Assembly (NCBI GenBank): GCA_050613775.1
Contig: JBODTK010000125.1
Coordinates: forward strand, 434,001 to 494,724
DNA: 60,724 bases
Source: Neocallimastix sp. 'constans'
Lineage: Eukaryota
Direction of reading: 5' to 3'
The notes beneath the pieces were generated by a model that made no database searches, had not been told where the DNA came from, and worked only from the letters and a program-made list of their open reading frames with translations. Below are positions 40,433 through 58,123 of this stretch, piece by piece. Position 1 is the first letter of the stretch. Every line of letters begins with the position of its first letter. Made by a program: the position numbers and the translations under genes.

Positions 40433-43041
40433 TATATATCTATTCTTTTAATTTTTTATGATTTTAATTATTTATCCAACTAATTATTACTATTTACTTA
40501 TTTTTTAATATTTAATTTATGGTTTATATTAATTTATTCTTATAATTTCTATACTAAATTATTAATTAATGATTTTTGATCTGATTTACTAATATTATCT
40601 ACTTATATTTTAATATTTAATTTATTTACTATATATTAATTTATTTTTTTAATTTCTAGATTATTCTATATAATTTATATTATTTTATTTATTATTAATC
40701 ATAAAAATTTTTATTGTACTACACTAAATTATTTTGTACTACTTGATTCTAGAAATTAATTATATTATTAAATTAATTAACTATTCTATTAAACTATACT
40801 AAGAAGAGTTATTATTGTAATAATTTAATTAAAAAATTATAATTAAATTATTAATCATTAATATTAGCTCTAACTGCTAATATTAAAGGTTTAGAAAAGA
40901 ATCATACTTACCTATGGTTCTTTCTAATTATCGAGTTTATTATAACGAATTATAATAGACGAAACACTAAAATTGATAAGGAAAAGTTTTAATTATAAAA
41001 TTTGTTTTATTAAAATAATTTGTTTTATTATTTATTAAAAATTTTAAATGTTAAAACTTATTGTTATTATTATTATATTATAATTGTTATAATAATAACT
41101 CTTGATTTCTCAAAGAGAACTCAAGAGCCTTATTTATACTTTTTTGTCAAAATAAGGTTAAAATCAAAAGAGGTTCTAATCTTAACAAATCTCTTATCTA
41201 GGAAAAGACTAGAAGAAAAACCTAGATAAGTTTTTTGATCGATATTCTATCCATATCGATCATCGCGTTAATTAAGTAAAACCGATTACTTTTAAGAAGT
41301 AATTGGAAAAACCTTAATTAACCGATTACTTAATCTAATATAATGATCGAAAATAAAAGAATAAAATAATGAAAATTATTTCGATCATAAAATTTAAAAT
41401 TTAATCTATTTAGTTCTATTTTATAGAACTTTACATAAAAAATATAAAACAATACATTAATAATAAAATACATGATCAATACAATACAGAATACATGATA
41501 GAATACAGAATACATGATAGAATACAGAATACATGATAAAATACAGAATAGTGTTTTAGTTTATGATTTAATGAGTGAGAGAAAACTAAAACTAATAAAT
41601 TTAATAATTAAGTGAATAATTAAATAAATTTAATATTATTTTAAATGTATAAAAATTATTTAATTAAATAAATTTTTAATATTAAACTAAATAAAATTTT
41701 AATATATAATTAAATAAATTATTAATTATAATTAATTGTATAAATGAAATATGAGTTAAATAAAAGTTATATTAATTATAACTTAACTAAGAAAATATAA
41801 TTATTTTGTTAAAAATAATTATAGATTCTTACATTTTTTAAGATTCGTTACAGGTAATAATATAGTTGTTAAAATAAAACAAGCTAATATATAAATAAGT
41901 ATATAAAATTACAATTAATGAAAATTAAATAATAGCATATTAATATTGGTATAGATATAGAAATAGTATAGTACACATATTCACTTTCAAACCAAAATTA
42001 TTCTTTTAAAATAATTTGGTTTGAGGGGGGAATGTTAGAATATGTGAAATAAATATGAAATATCCGTTAAATGTATTAAAATGTATTTGTTATATATGTA
42101 ATGTATGTGCCACAATGTATTAATATAAAAGCATGTAAATTTATTAAATATTTACAGCTCTTTATCATAAAATATATTAATAAAGTTGACATAATTATAA
42201 AACCCAAACTATTGATTTTTAACAATTATATTTATTATTTATTTATTATTTATTTATTATTTATTAATTATTTATTATATTTATTATTTGTTATTATTTA
42301 TTATTTATTATTTATTATTTATTTATTATATTTATTATTTGTTATTATTTATTATTTATTATTTATTATTTATTTATTTAAAAATATTTTATAATAAAAT
42401 ATTTAAAGACTTCACTTATTTCAAAAATGAATTTTATAATTTATTTAATTATTTATTTAATTAGTTATTTAATTAGTTATTTAATTATTTATTTATTGGT
42501 AAAATTATATAATGTGGCAATATTTAAGCCATATTGCGAAATGATACACATTCAATTTTCTTTTATTATTATATATTTATTATTTTATTTATTTAATAAA
42601 ATTTAATAATAATAATAATAAATATTAATTTTATTTTAATTTAAAACATTAAAATAAAATGGCACATATAATTTCTTTGAAAAAATAATTATTAAAAATA
42701 TTTAAAATGTGATATATATTTTTTTATTTTTTTTATTTTTTTATTTTTTATTATGAAATTATTATATAATAAAATATTTATTTAATTATTATTTAATTAT
42801 TTATTTATATAAAAAAATTTATATATAATACGCCATCTCAAAAAATATGTGGCTTATATATATTCACGTGCGGTTACGAAACGAGCTCTCCCCTAATTAA
42901 TGATTTATTAATTTATTTTTATGTAATAATTAACAAAATAATTTATTGATAATTTGAGTTTTAATTTTCATATTATATAAAATTTAAATCCACATTTCTG
43001 TTAAGTAATAATTTTTTATTTTTTTTTATTTATTTCCTGTG

Positions 43042-43168
43042 TGTACTTCCCTTGGTTTCAGCCCCATCCTCTCAGGAGCAGTTGGAATATTGAGGTAGTC
43101 ACACACTTCCTTTTTATAAAGGCAGAATTGTCCTTACTTGAAGATCTTACTTAGTGTTTCAGTATTGC
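43042..43168 (-). repeat. Second copy of the ~130-bp dispersed repeat
   Basis: Reverse complement matches 24418-24546. A T-rich tract on the left is the A-rich tail on the minus strand. Confidence 0.8.
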
Positions 43169-43496
43169 TTAGTAATAATTAAATTATAAATATTTATAAT
43201 TAAATAATAAATATATGTAATATTGTAATGATTTTTGTATACTTTTGATTAATTGAATCTAAATTCATAGGGTTATTTGGTCTTGTATTCTTTTTTATTT
43301 CTATTCTTCTTGTTAATGGAGGTATCTTCCATATATATTTCATATTTTCTAAATTTTCTATTTTTTTTTTTTTTTTTATTATGGAGTTTACATGATTTCA
43401 TGTGTCCATGTAGAAATATTTTATTTGGTGATGCAAATATTCTACTAAATTGTAATCTTTCTGACGTTTATGCAATTAACCAAGTGAACCATTAAA

Positions 43497-43986
43497 TAGG
43501 AGTGGGGCATTTCGCCAAGTTGCATTTCGCCAAAATTGAAAATCATTAAATAAATAAATAAATAAATAAAATTAAATATTATTAATATTGATTTATATTT
43601 TTGAAGTAAATATTTAAATATTAAAAAAAATTTTTTTCATATGTAAATATCTTTTTAAATATCTGTTTAAATAAATAAATAATAAATAATAATAATATAA
43701 AAATAATAATATAAGCGGTATAGAAAAGGATTGTCATTAATAATAATAATGAAGATTAAAATTATAAATATTAATTATTATTATTTAAAAATATATATAT
43801 ATATATAAATGAATTAATAAAAAAAATATTATAAATATCTGTTTAAATAAATAAATATAATAGTATTGAAATTACACCAAAAATATTTCATTGCGATTTG
43901 GAAAAAGCTATATCTAACGCTGCAGAAAAAAGTTTTTATCAATGAAAACATTAAATATTACATATGGCATTTTAAAAGAGCATTAG

Positions 43987-44028
<42 letters not shown>

Positions 44029-44700
44029 ATGTGGTAATAAAGTTGAAAAAATAAAAGATTTAATATATTTATTATAATAATATTTCGAACTTTCCTTTTA
44101 TTAATCATAAATATATATATAGGATATTTATAGTAACATAAAAAGTAAGTGCCAAGAACATAATTATATTCAATTTTTAGAATTTTTAAAATTTTTAGAA
44201 TATTTTAAAAAAACCTATTTAATTAGCTATGAAACTGAAAATTGGATTTATTATGATAATATTGAGTATATTACAAATAATGTTTCAGAAACTTTTAATA
44301 AATACTTAAAAAAAATTATTTTAAAAAAAGAATAGATGAATAAATACAATAATGGTCAAAGTATTTTTAATCTTTATTGGATTAGGTTAGCTTAAGAACA
44401 TTAAAATATATTTTTATGATAAAATATTATTATTTTAAAAATATATTTTTATAATTAAAATATTGTTATTATAATATTATTTTTTACAAAATATTAAAAT
44501 ATATCTTATAATTAAATATATTTTTATAATTAAATATTATAAATAATTATTTTATTACTATTTTACAAAATATTAAAAAATATCTATAATTAATTATTAA
44601 ATATAATAAAAACAAGGTTAAAAAAAAAATATTTTGAATTTTTATTTATTTATTTATTCATTTATTTATATTATTATGCCTCATAAAGTATCTATATAGG
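43497..44700 (+). mobile_element. MULE/Mutator-like DNA transposon relic
   Basis: Frameshifted transposase remnants at ~43866-44312 read EITPKIFHCDLEKAISNAAEKVF...WHFKRALE and WIYYDNIEYITNNVSETFNKYLK. A TIR-like start GGAGTGGGGCATTTCGCCAAGTTGCATTTCGCC lies at 43499. The right end is uncertain. Confidence 0.7.
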
Positions 44701-44923
44701 TTAGGTTATATTAGAGAAACACTCCGAGAAAAAACGTACAAGTAAATTTTTAGCAATAATAATTAAATATATAATTATATAAAATTAAATGAAGATAAAG
44801 ATTATATTTATTTATTTATTTATTTATTTTTTAATCATAAGAATATATATTTATATATATAATTTACATTATACTACATAAAGTTATTAACAATGTTTAC
44901 TCTATTTCTATATATTTATATTT

Positions 44924-46809
44924 TTAAAGTTGTATAAATATTGAAACAATAGTATATATTATAATGAATATAAAGATTCCGAAATAAGGTTTTATTGAAT
45001 AAGATGAACTATAACTTTCAGATAGTTTTTCGGCATCCTTTAATACATCCGTTAATGAATTATCATCATACAAATATGAAAATATATTAGCTCTAAACTT
45101 TGATGACCAAGAAGAATAACCAATATTATTTATTGAAGGTCTTGCAATAAATTGCAATTTTTTGAATAATTCACAATCTTTTACCTTACAAACCTCTTCG
45201 TCATCATATAAACTAGTTATCACTGTATTTATATAATATTTAATGGCAATTTTTTTTTGATTTTCCTTTGATGTAAAATATTGTATAACAGTAGCTGCTG
45301 CTTTCTTTTTTTCTTCAGAAATATTAGCATTTATACCTAAATTAAATCCTCCAATTATAGATCCTGAAACACCTTCAGTATTACCTGGAAGTAGGATATA
45401 ATCATATCCATCTACTGGTCCAAAATACCATATTTTTGCAAATATTACTTTCTTAAGATACATTTCCATCATGGTAAACATAACATCTTGAATAAATATT
45501 TCCTCTATCGCATAAATTAATATATATTTATATTAGTTTTTTTAGTTTATTTCCTTTATATATTTATAATATATTTAATAATATATATAATATATATATA
45601 TATATTTATAGTACTTGAAGAAATTTCATCTTTTATTGCTTTTAACATTTCTAATGCTTTTTCTACATTTTTACTTTGAAAATCTGGAAATGATGAATCA
45701 ACAGAATCCCTATAAGAATAAAGAAATTCATAAAGAGAGCATGTTCCTAATTCTACATCTAATATTTCGAATCATTTATCATAAATATTATATTTTTATT
45801 TAATTTAATTCTTTTTATTTTTTAATTTTTTTTTTATATTTTTAATTTTTTTTAATATTTTTAATTTTTTTTATATTTTTATATTATCTTAATTTTTCTT
45901 ATTTTATTTTATTTTATTTTTTATTTTATTTTATTTTATTTAATTTTTTTTTATTTTATTATTTTTTTTTTATTTAATTTAATATTATTTAATAATATTT
46001 TATTATCTTTCATTTATTATTATTATTTTCATTATTTACCAGGAAAAAGCCCATTATAGCCAATTAATTCAGTATTATTTTTTTTTTGTTCTTCAGATAT
46101 AATATATTTTCCTATTTCAAGTAATTCATTCCAGGTTTTTGGAGGTTCTTGCTGATATTTATTTAAATATTCTTTATTATAATATAATACATTAAAATCA
46201 ACAACTGTTGGCTATATTATATATATATATATTATATGTATATGTATAAAAAATAAATTTATATAAAAAGAGAAAATCTTTATTAATATTTAGTTTATTA
46301 AAAAAAATAGTTCTGTATATGAAAATGTATATATATAATAAATAATAATAAATAATAATAAAATAAAAATGTTACTATTCCAATTAATTTATCATTATAA
46401 TAGGATGTTTGTTTTGTAATTTCATTTTGGTATAAATCAATATGTTCTTGAGGTAAATATTCTGTTAAATCTACTAAATAAGGAGCAAATTTTCTGGAAA
46501 ATATATTGTCATAATATATTATATCATATTTTTCTGATTTTTGTTTTTTTAAGAGATGTTCAATGGTTGATTCATATTCCGTTACACCAGCAGTTGAATT
46601 TTCTTTTGATAAAAGATTTAATTTTATTGTAATATCTAAATTATTGTTTCGAGAATACTTATTAAATGAATCAATAAGTTCATTATAGGCATATACTCCT
46701 CCATTTTCAGCACTTGTAATAGCATTAATTTCTAAAGCCTCACCAATATCTATTAATATTCATAATAAAAAAATAAAATACATATAAATTTTTTTTTTCT
46801 TTTTTTCAT
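44924..46809 (-). pseudogene. Extracellular solute-binding protein (sugar-binding type) with a single C-terminal hydrophobic anchor; paralog of the GPCR ectodomain; appears disrupted
   Basis: Exons at about 46809-46376, 46212-46040, 45758-45615 and 45505-44924 encode EINAITS...KYDIIYYD, PTVVDFNVLYYNKEYL...PPKTWNEL, GTCSLYEFLYSY and LPG...SGSIIGGFNLGIN. There is an in-frame TGA in the signal peptide (~46760) and a 1-nt frameshift at ~45667. The frameshift could be a homopolymer sequencing error. Confidence 0.7.
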
Positions 46810-47022
46810 ATTTAATATATATAAATAACTTTATAATTGTTTAATATTAATTATAAATTTTACATGCAAAAGATATAAATAGTGAAAATATTAATATATT
46901 CTTAATTATCATATTTATTAATTATATATAAAAATAATAAAAATAAAATAAGGAATAATAAATAATATATTATAATATAATAAAATGAAATATAGATGAT
47001 ATAAGATAAATTTTAGCAAGTA

Positions 47023-47077
<55 letters not shown>

Positions 47078-47099
47078 TAAAAAGTAAATAATAATAATT

Positions 47100-47130
<31 letters not shown>

Positions 47131-47924
47131 TAAATTAAACTAATAGAGATAATCTATTTTTATTCATTTTAATTTCATAATTACTATAATAAGAATACGC
47201 ATAATAATAAAAAAGTTTTATATATTTTTTTTAATAACAAAAGTATAAAAAAAAAAAAAATTTTTTTTCCTATATATTATTTAACCAATCTATATATATA
47301 TTCTAAAATAAAATTTATATATAATTAAATTTCAACTTAATTATAGTAAATCTATATTTGTTTAATTATTTATAATTATATTGAAACTTTATATATATAA
47401 TTTTATTTTTATATAATAAATATGTACTATTTTTTCAGAAATATTATGAAATATTATATATTTATATATAAATATTTAATTTTGGAAGAGTACGTAATTA
47501 AAATTTTAAAGGAAAATTATATGTTAAGGATAAAAAAAGTCTTTTTTATATGAATATTTAGAAAAGAATGTAATAAATTTATCCAAAACTTAAAATCAAT
47601 TTTCTTAAATTATAGATATAAAATTTAATTCAATTTTAATTATATAAATTAATAAATAAATAAATAAAAAAAAAAAAAAAAATTAAATAAAAGTTTGCTA
47701 AGTTGCAATTAATGAAATATAAAAAGGGAAAATGTACATTATTTCAATATATAGATTAGATTATTATGAAACTCTTTGAAGTGATTTTAAAATTTTATAA
47801 GATATATAAAAACTATTATTATTATAATTATTATTATTATTATTAAAAATACAATCTTTATATTATTATTATTATTAAAAATACAATCTTTATATTATTA
47901 TTATTATTAAAAATACAATCTTTA

Positions 47925-47984
<60 letters not shown>

Positions 47985-48075
47985 TATTATTATTCTACTA
48001 TTAATAAATCTATATATATAGTTTAAGTAGTTATAGTTGATGCGTTGTTCATTTTAAATTTAAATTGTATATATA

Positions 48076-48124
<49 letters not shown>

Positions 48125-50182
48125 TATATTTTAAATTAAAATAAAAAGATATAAATTATTAAACTGTTATAATCATGTTTATTATTTAAATAATATATAA
48201 TATTATATATATATTTTTTATATTTTTATATATTTTATTTTCTTTATTTTTTTTGTTTTAATATAAAAAAAATAATAGTCATATAATATACTTTTGCTTT
48301 ATTAAAAAATTATTTAAAGAAGTATTTATTATTTATTATATTACTTCATTTTTTATTATTATTATAATTATTTAAATATATATTAAAGATTAAGAAATTA
48401 AAAAATAACATATATATGTTACATATATTTTTAATCAGTATTTTTTACTTTTTTTAAATAATATATAATAAAGTTTTTTTTTTTATTAATTTCTTATAAA
48501 TTTTAAATTGAATAAATAAAATAATGATGCAGAAAGTAAAATAATCAGAGAAAAACTGCTTATTTCCATTAAAAAAATTTTACATTATCACTCATTTTAT
48601 TTTTGAAAACTTTTGGACTTACTATTATAATTAGAATTTTTTGTAGATCAAGCAAATACTTTTAGTAAATAACCTCTTTACATAAATATTTATGTCATTA
48701 TATAAACTAAAAATTGGCAAGTTCTATTTGTAATTAAAAGACTTTTCTGATCTTTTTTTTTTTTTTTTTTTTTATTAGACGTTAAATATTCGAATATTTC
48801 GAATATTTTATAACTTATATATTCATTATTAAAAATTTCTTTCACTTTTATTAATACATATATCAATTCATTTCATGTTTTAAATAATATTTATGGATAT
48901 TATTTAAGATAAAAAATTTTTTTTTATTCAATATAACTTAATAATTAATATAGAGTAAATAATTTGTAAAATTAATAATGAATAATTCTATCAAATTAAT
49001 TATAAGTTTTATACTTTAATATGTATTTTTAATATCTATATTTATATAAAACAAGTTTATAAATTTCTATATTGATTAATATAATAATTTTATAATATAT
49101 TTAATTTAAGTAAGAATGTTGACTTCTATTTTTTTTTTTTTATATATCATTTTTATATTTTTGTTTTTATATATCATTTTTATATTTTTGTTTTTATATT
49201 TTTGTTTTTATATTTTTGTTTTAAATTTGTTTTTAAATTTGTTTTTATTTTAAAGAAATTATATATATTATAGTTTTTTATTTTTATTTTTATTTTTATT
49301 TTTATTTATATTTTTTATTATTATTATTATTATTATTAATTTTTAATATATTTGAAATAAAAAAATTAAAAAAAAATAAAAAATATTTTATATTTTATAT
49401 TTTATGGTAGATTAGAGAGAATTTAAAAATAAAAAGAATTTAAGGATTATAATTCCTATAGAATTAAAATTTCTAATCAAAATATCTTAAAAATTATATA
49501 AAGTTAGAAAAAAATTCTTTTTCTTCTTTTTACCACTAAAAATAAAATAAATAAATATATAAATAAATAAATAATTAATAATAATAAATAATAATAAAAA
49601 ATAATAAATAATAATAAATAATAATAAATAATAATAATAATATTAATAAGTATTTATAATAGTAATACTTAATACTAATAATAAATAATAAATAATAAAT
49701 AATAATAATAATAATACTAAATAAAATTTAATAAGCATATATTATTATTCTTATTATATATAAAATTTTAATAATAATATAAAGTTTTATAATTTTTTAA
49801 AAATTTTTTTTTGATATTGTCATATTCCAAATTCCAAAAATATTTCGTATGAATAAACGTCTTTTGAAACTTTATATTTTATTATAATTTTATACAATTT
49901 TATTATTAAATATATAATTTTTTTTTTTTAAAAAAAATTATAAAAGAATGTTATTGAAATATTTATAATTATAAAAATTAAAATAATTAACATTATAATT
50001 TATTCTCTGTGAATTCTAAATTTTACACTATACTAAATAATTCTCATTTTTTTTTTTTTTTTTTTTTTTTAAATAATAAAAATTTAATTATAATCAGTAA
50101 AACATTATATAATTAAATCATTTACTAAGAATGAAATAATTTAGAAATGTTAGTATTATTATAAAATCAATAAATTTATGAA

Positions 50183-53644
<3,462 letters not shown>

Positions 53645-53660
53645 TATTCAACATTAAATA

Positions 53661-53710
<50 letters not shown>

Positions 53711-53927
53711 AATGGTTTTTTTTATATATACTTTTTTGTTTATTAATTTTAATTTCATTTTAAATTCTATTATGTATATAATTTTTTTTAAATATATATA
53801 AATTATAAACAAACAAATAATTTAACAAATTGAAACAAATAAAATTGAAGTTTATAAATTATATATATATATATATATTTATTATATTAATTTTAGTAAA
53901 TCATAAAAGAATTTATATTTAAAATAA

Positions 53928-53960
<33 letters not shown>

Positions 53961-54039
53961 AATTAATTAATTAAAATAAATGTTTGCGTTCGCATTCAGT
54001 CTCGAAAAAAGATGAAAAACAATATTTTAATTTATTTAT

Positions 54040-54123
54040 GACTAGATTCATTTGACTAGATTCATTTGACTAGATTCATTTGACTAGATTCATTTGACTA
54101 GATTCATTTGACTAGATTCATTT
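54040..54123. repeat. 14-bp tandem repeat (GACTAGATTCATTT) x6
   Basis: Six perfect units are visible directly. Confidence 0.95.
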
Positions 54124-54221
54124 GAGATTCATAAAAATTTTTTAATCTATTAGAAGTCAATAATTTAAATTTTATAAATACGAGTAACTTCATTTTATTA
54201 TTAAATTTTATGATATAGAAT

Positions 54222-54256
<35 letters not shown>

Positions 54257-54359
54257 TAAGACTTGGAATAAATCTTCATTTAATAATCTTTATTAAAAAA
54301 ATACATGAAAATAAAATTCATGATTTTTTTTTTTTTTTTTAATATTAATATTAAAAAAC

Positions 54360-54937
54360 TACATTATGAGTTTCGAGGACGAAATGACCTCCAACTCTTC
54401 CTATTCATCGATGATAACTCCATATGGATTAAAATTATTATTCGAATATATATCAGAATTTTTTCTTTACCCTATCGTTTCGATGTATATGTAGACGCTT
54501 TTGACATCGGAACTATAAGTCTAATGTTATACAAACTGATCATAGTGAAAAAAAAGATCACTAATCAAAATAGGCATAACTTTAATAAGTAATTTCGTAA
54601 GTCCCAGAAAAATATGAAATCGGGAAAAGAAGACTCTCTCGAAGGTGATTGAAAGATAATATTAATAAAACGTCTTCTTTCTCCCGAAAGCCGATCTTTA
54701 AGATTTCATATAGCTTTTTCTCCAAGAAGGAGACATAGGACATAAAAAATTAATGGTATCATTAAAAATTAAAATCTTCCTCTTTGTCATCAGGAATGTT
54801 TAAAAATTTTTTTTTTTTTTTGAATAATCAGAGAAAAATTAATAAAAATTTCGTCTATGATTTGAATGAATTGTTGCCAAATTTCTTCAAATTTATCCTG
54901 TATGTAAAACTAAGTATGATGTTACTTCCACAACAAC

Positions 54938-54969
<32 letters not shown>

Positions 54970-55400
54970 TCAAAGAGAAAATTGTGAATATTTTAGTGAT
55001 CAATGCTGAATATATACATCTCAATGAATTATTGGATTTAGAGAGATTATTATTAAGATGAACAATAAAAAAAAAAAAAAAAAAAAAAAATTTATTCAGG
55101 TATTCAGGTTAACTCTTTCTTTAGATTTTTAACCAATAGAAATACACCTTTCTATTTTAAAACCTGTATTCTGCTCTCTTCTGCCTTTAGTTCAGGACTT
55201 TACTAGGATCAAATAAAAAAAATACAGAAAAAAAAAAAAAACTCAAACTCCATTTAATCGAGGTTTGTTTTTGGAGTTTTGAGTTTAAAAATAAAACTTC
55301 CAATACTACTATTTATAATATGTCAAAGGAACTAGTTTTTGGGCTAATATTATGAATCGATGTTCTAAAAAGTGGAAAGAGTCTTCTTTTATTATATTAT
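54360..55400 (+). mobile_element. Possible heavily degraded gypsy-like pol relic
   Basis: GC content is above the flanks. FDVYVDAFDIG resembles the RNase H motif F.V.VDASD.G, and an SDQ...YTSQ-like integrase remnant lies near 54995. Confidence 0.3.
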
Positions 55401-55659
55401 TTAGTTAAAAATATACCAACACTTTCATATTATTAGTTTATATTAAATATATTGTCAATTCAAATTAAATCTAAATTAATATTGTATCTAGAACAAGCTA
55501 TAATTTAAATATAAAAATATGTCATTTTATCTCTACTTTAAATCCTTTATTAACCATTTATTTATATTTTATAAATAATAAATTTATATTTATTAATAAA
55601 CTATTTTTTATATAAGAAGACAACATTTATTTTTTTATTTTTTTATATATATATATTTT

Positions 55660-56252
55660 TTTTTACAGTTACAATTATATCGAACTTTAACTTTATTTAT
55701 CTATTTATTAATAGATAAATAAAGTTAAAGTTCGAATATATAAAAAATTTTTTTTTTTTAATAACACAAAATTAATAAAAAAAAAAAAAAATATTTGTCC
55801 AGTTAGAATATTATTATTATATTTTTAAATATTAATATAAAATAAAAGTTAATATTTAAAATAAAAATGTATGAATAAATTCTGAAAAAAAGTCTATATA
55901 CAACGAACCTTAACTTTAGATTTTATATTAATTTATAAAATAGTTAATTTTTTTTATTCTTTTTATTTTTATTTTTATTTTTATTATTTTTTTTTATAGT
56001 TACAATTATAGCGAACTTTAACTTTATTTATTAATTTCATGAATATATATATATATATAATTTTTTTTAATAACACGAAATTAATAAAAAAAAAAATAAA
56101 TATTATTTGTCTAATTAGAACATAATTATACTTTTAAATATTAATGTAAAATAAAAGTTAATATTTAAAATAAAGGGTACTAATAAATTCTGAAAAAAGT
56201 CCGTATACAACAAACTTTACCTTTAGATTTCATATTAATTTTTAAAATAGTT

Positions 56253-56309
<57 letters not shown>

Positions 56310-56622
56310 GTTACAATTATTACGCGAACTTTAACTTTATTTATTTATTAATTGTCAAATTAGAACAGAACATAATTATATTTTTCAATAGTAATGTGAA
56401 ATAAAAGTTAATATTTAAAATAAAAATATACGAATAAATTCAGAGAAAAAGTTCATATACAACGAATCTCACTTTAGATTGTAAGATTTCTGTTTATTTT
56501 TATATTAATTTTTAAAATAGTTAATTTTTTTTATTCCTTTTTTTATTTTTCTATATTTTTTTTTTTTACAGTTACAATTATTGCGAACTTTAACTTTATT
56601 TTGAATATTGGACAATTAATAT

Positions 56623-56653
<31 letters not shown>

Positions 56654-56820
56654 TTTTATTAATTTCGTGTTATTAAAAAAAAAAAAAAAATCATGTAATT
56701 AATAAATAAATAAAATTTAGAAAAAAGTCCATGAGCAACGAACTTCACAGATTAAAAGACTTCTGTTAATTATTTTTTTTTTTAAGTTGAAATTATTGCG
56801 AACTTTAATTTTTTTTATTT
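55660..56820 (-). repeat. Head-to-tail array of about five diverged ~200-330-bp units homologous to a LINE 3'UTR
   Basis: On + each unit begins with poly(T) then AGTTACAATTAT..CGAACTTTAACTTTATT (~55667, 55998, 56309, 56570, 56785). Most contain AAATTC.GAAAAAAGT...TATACAACGAA, which is also seen at 4283-4530. Confidence 0.75.
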
Positions 56821-57435
56821 ATTTATTTATTAATTACATGATTTTTTTTTTTTTAAATTATTTTTTTTTTCTTTTCTTTATAGACTAGGAAGTGAATATA
56901 CATCCAGTGCTTTATTAAATATATAATTATTTTTTTTTTGTTTTACATTTTAAAAAGAACACATCATATAATTTAAAGATAAAAATAAAATATATGTAAG
57001 AAATTAAGTAAAATAAAAAATAATAAAAATTAAAAAACAATTTTTAATTAATCATAGAAAATTTAATGTAATTAAGAATAAAAATAAGTTCAAAAGTTAA
57101 ATAATTTTGGTGTAATATATACTATGTGTTGTACCATGATCCCTACTTAAATCGAGAATAAAGTAGCATATTTTTAAAATTATTAATAGTAATATTTCTA
57201 TTACAGATATAAATTCTATTTAAAATATTATTGTAATAATATTAATAATAATGATAATGATAATTAAGATTATTATATAATAATTATATAATAATATAAA
57301 TTTAATTTAATATAAAAATATATATATATATATAAAAATTTGTTATAACATATGATGTCACATATGTTTATTCATAATTTACTTTATGCTATTTATTTAT
57401 GTAAATAATTGTTATTTTTTTTAAAAACTTAAATT

Positions 57436-57509
<74 letters not shown>

Positions 57510-58123
57510 TTATAATTAAATAAAATTTAAAGAAATTAAATATTTATATAAATTTATAATATCCTAATAAAATGGTTATATTTATGTTTTTATTTATTTA
57601 TTTTTATAATTATTAAATAATTATATTTCTATATAAAAATATGTATTGTATTATATTAACATTAATATTAATAGTTAATATTAAATCTTTTTTAATTATT
57701 AATGGTAATAAAATAAATAAAATATTATATAAATAATATTTATGATGTATGTAATTAATTTCATACAAATTATATCAATTTAACTATATTTTAACAAAAT
57801 TTACTTATTAATATATTTAAAAATATAAATAAAAAAAATAATAATTTAAAAAAAAAAAAAAATTATATATTTATAAATATATATATATATTTAAAATAAT
57901 ATTGAAAAAATAAAATAAAAAAAAAATGAATATTATTCCATAATTATATCTAAATAAAAATATATATGTATATGTATATGTAAAATAATATAATAATTAA
58001 GAAAAGAATATATACTTTAAATAAAAATTAAATCAGATGAATGAGTAAATAAATAAATAAATAAAAGTCAAATCAAATCAAATCAAATCGAATAATAATA
58101 ATAATAAAAAAAAAAAAAAAAAT

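Larger units (their letters stand above)
34498..41833 (-). mobile_element. Element C: Ty3/gypsy LTR retrotransposon without chromodomain
   Basis: 1018-bp LTRs TGTAAT...CTTACA at 34498-35515 and 40816-41833 look identical by eye. The TSD is TTTTT: T8 in the intact B LTR becomes T7 plus T6 around C. Minus-strand PPT is AAAGGGAGCAA. Confidence 0.95.

Noticed and set aside
39947..40483. Hydrophobic ORFs (also 19019-19384, 42101-42394, 51377-51745, 60304-60564)
   Set aside because: They are translations of poly(T) and ATT microsatellites.
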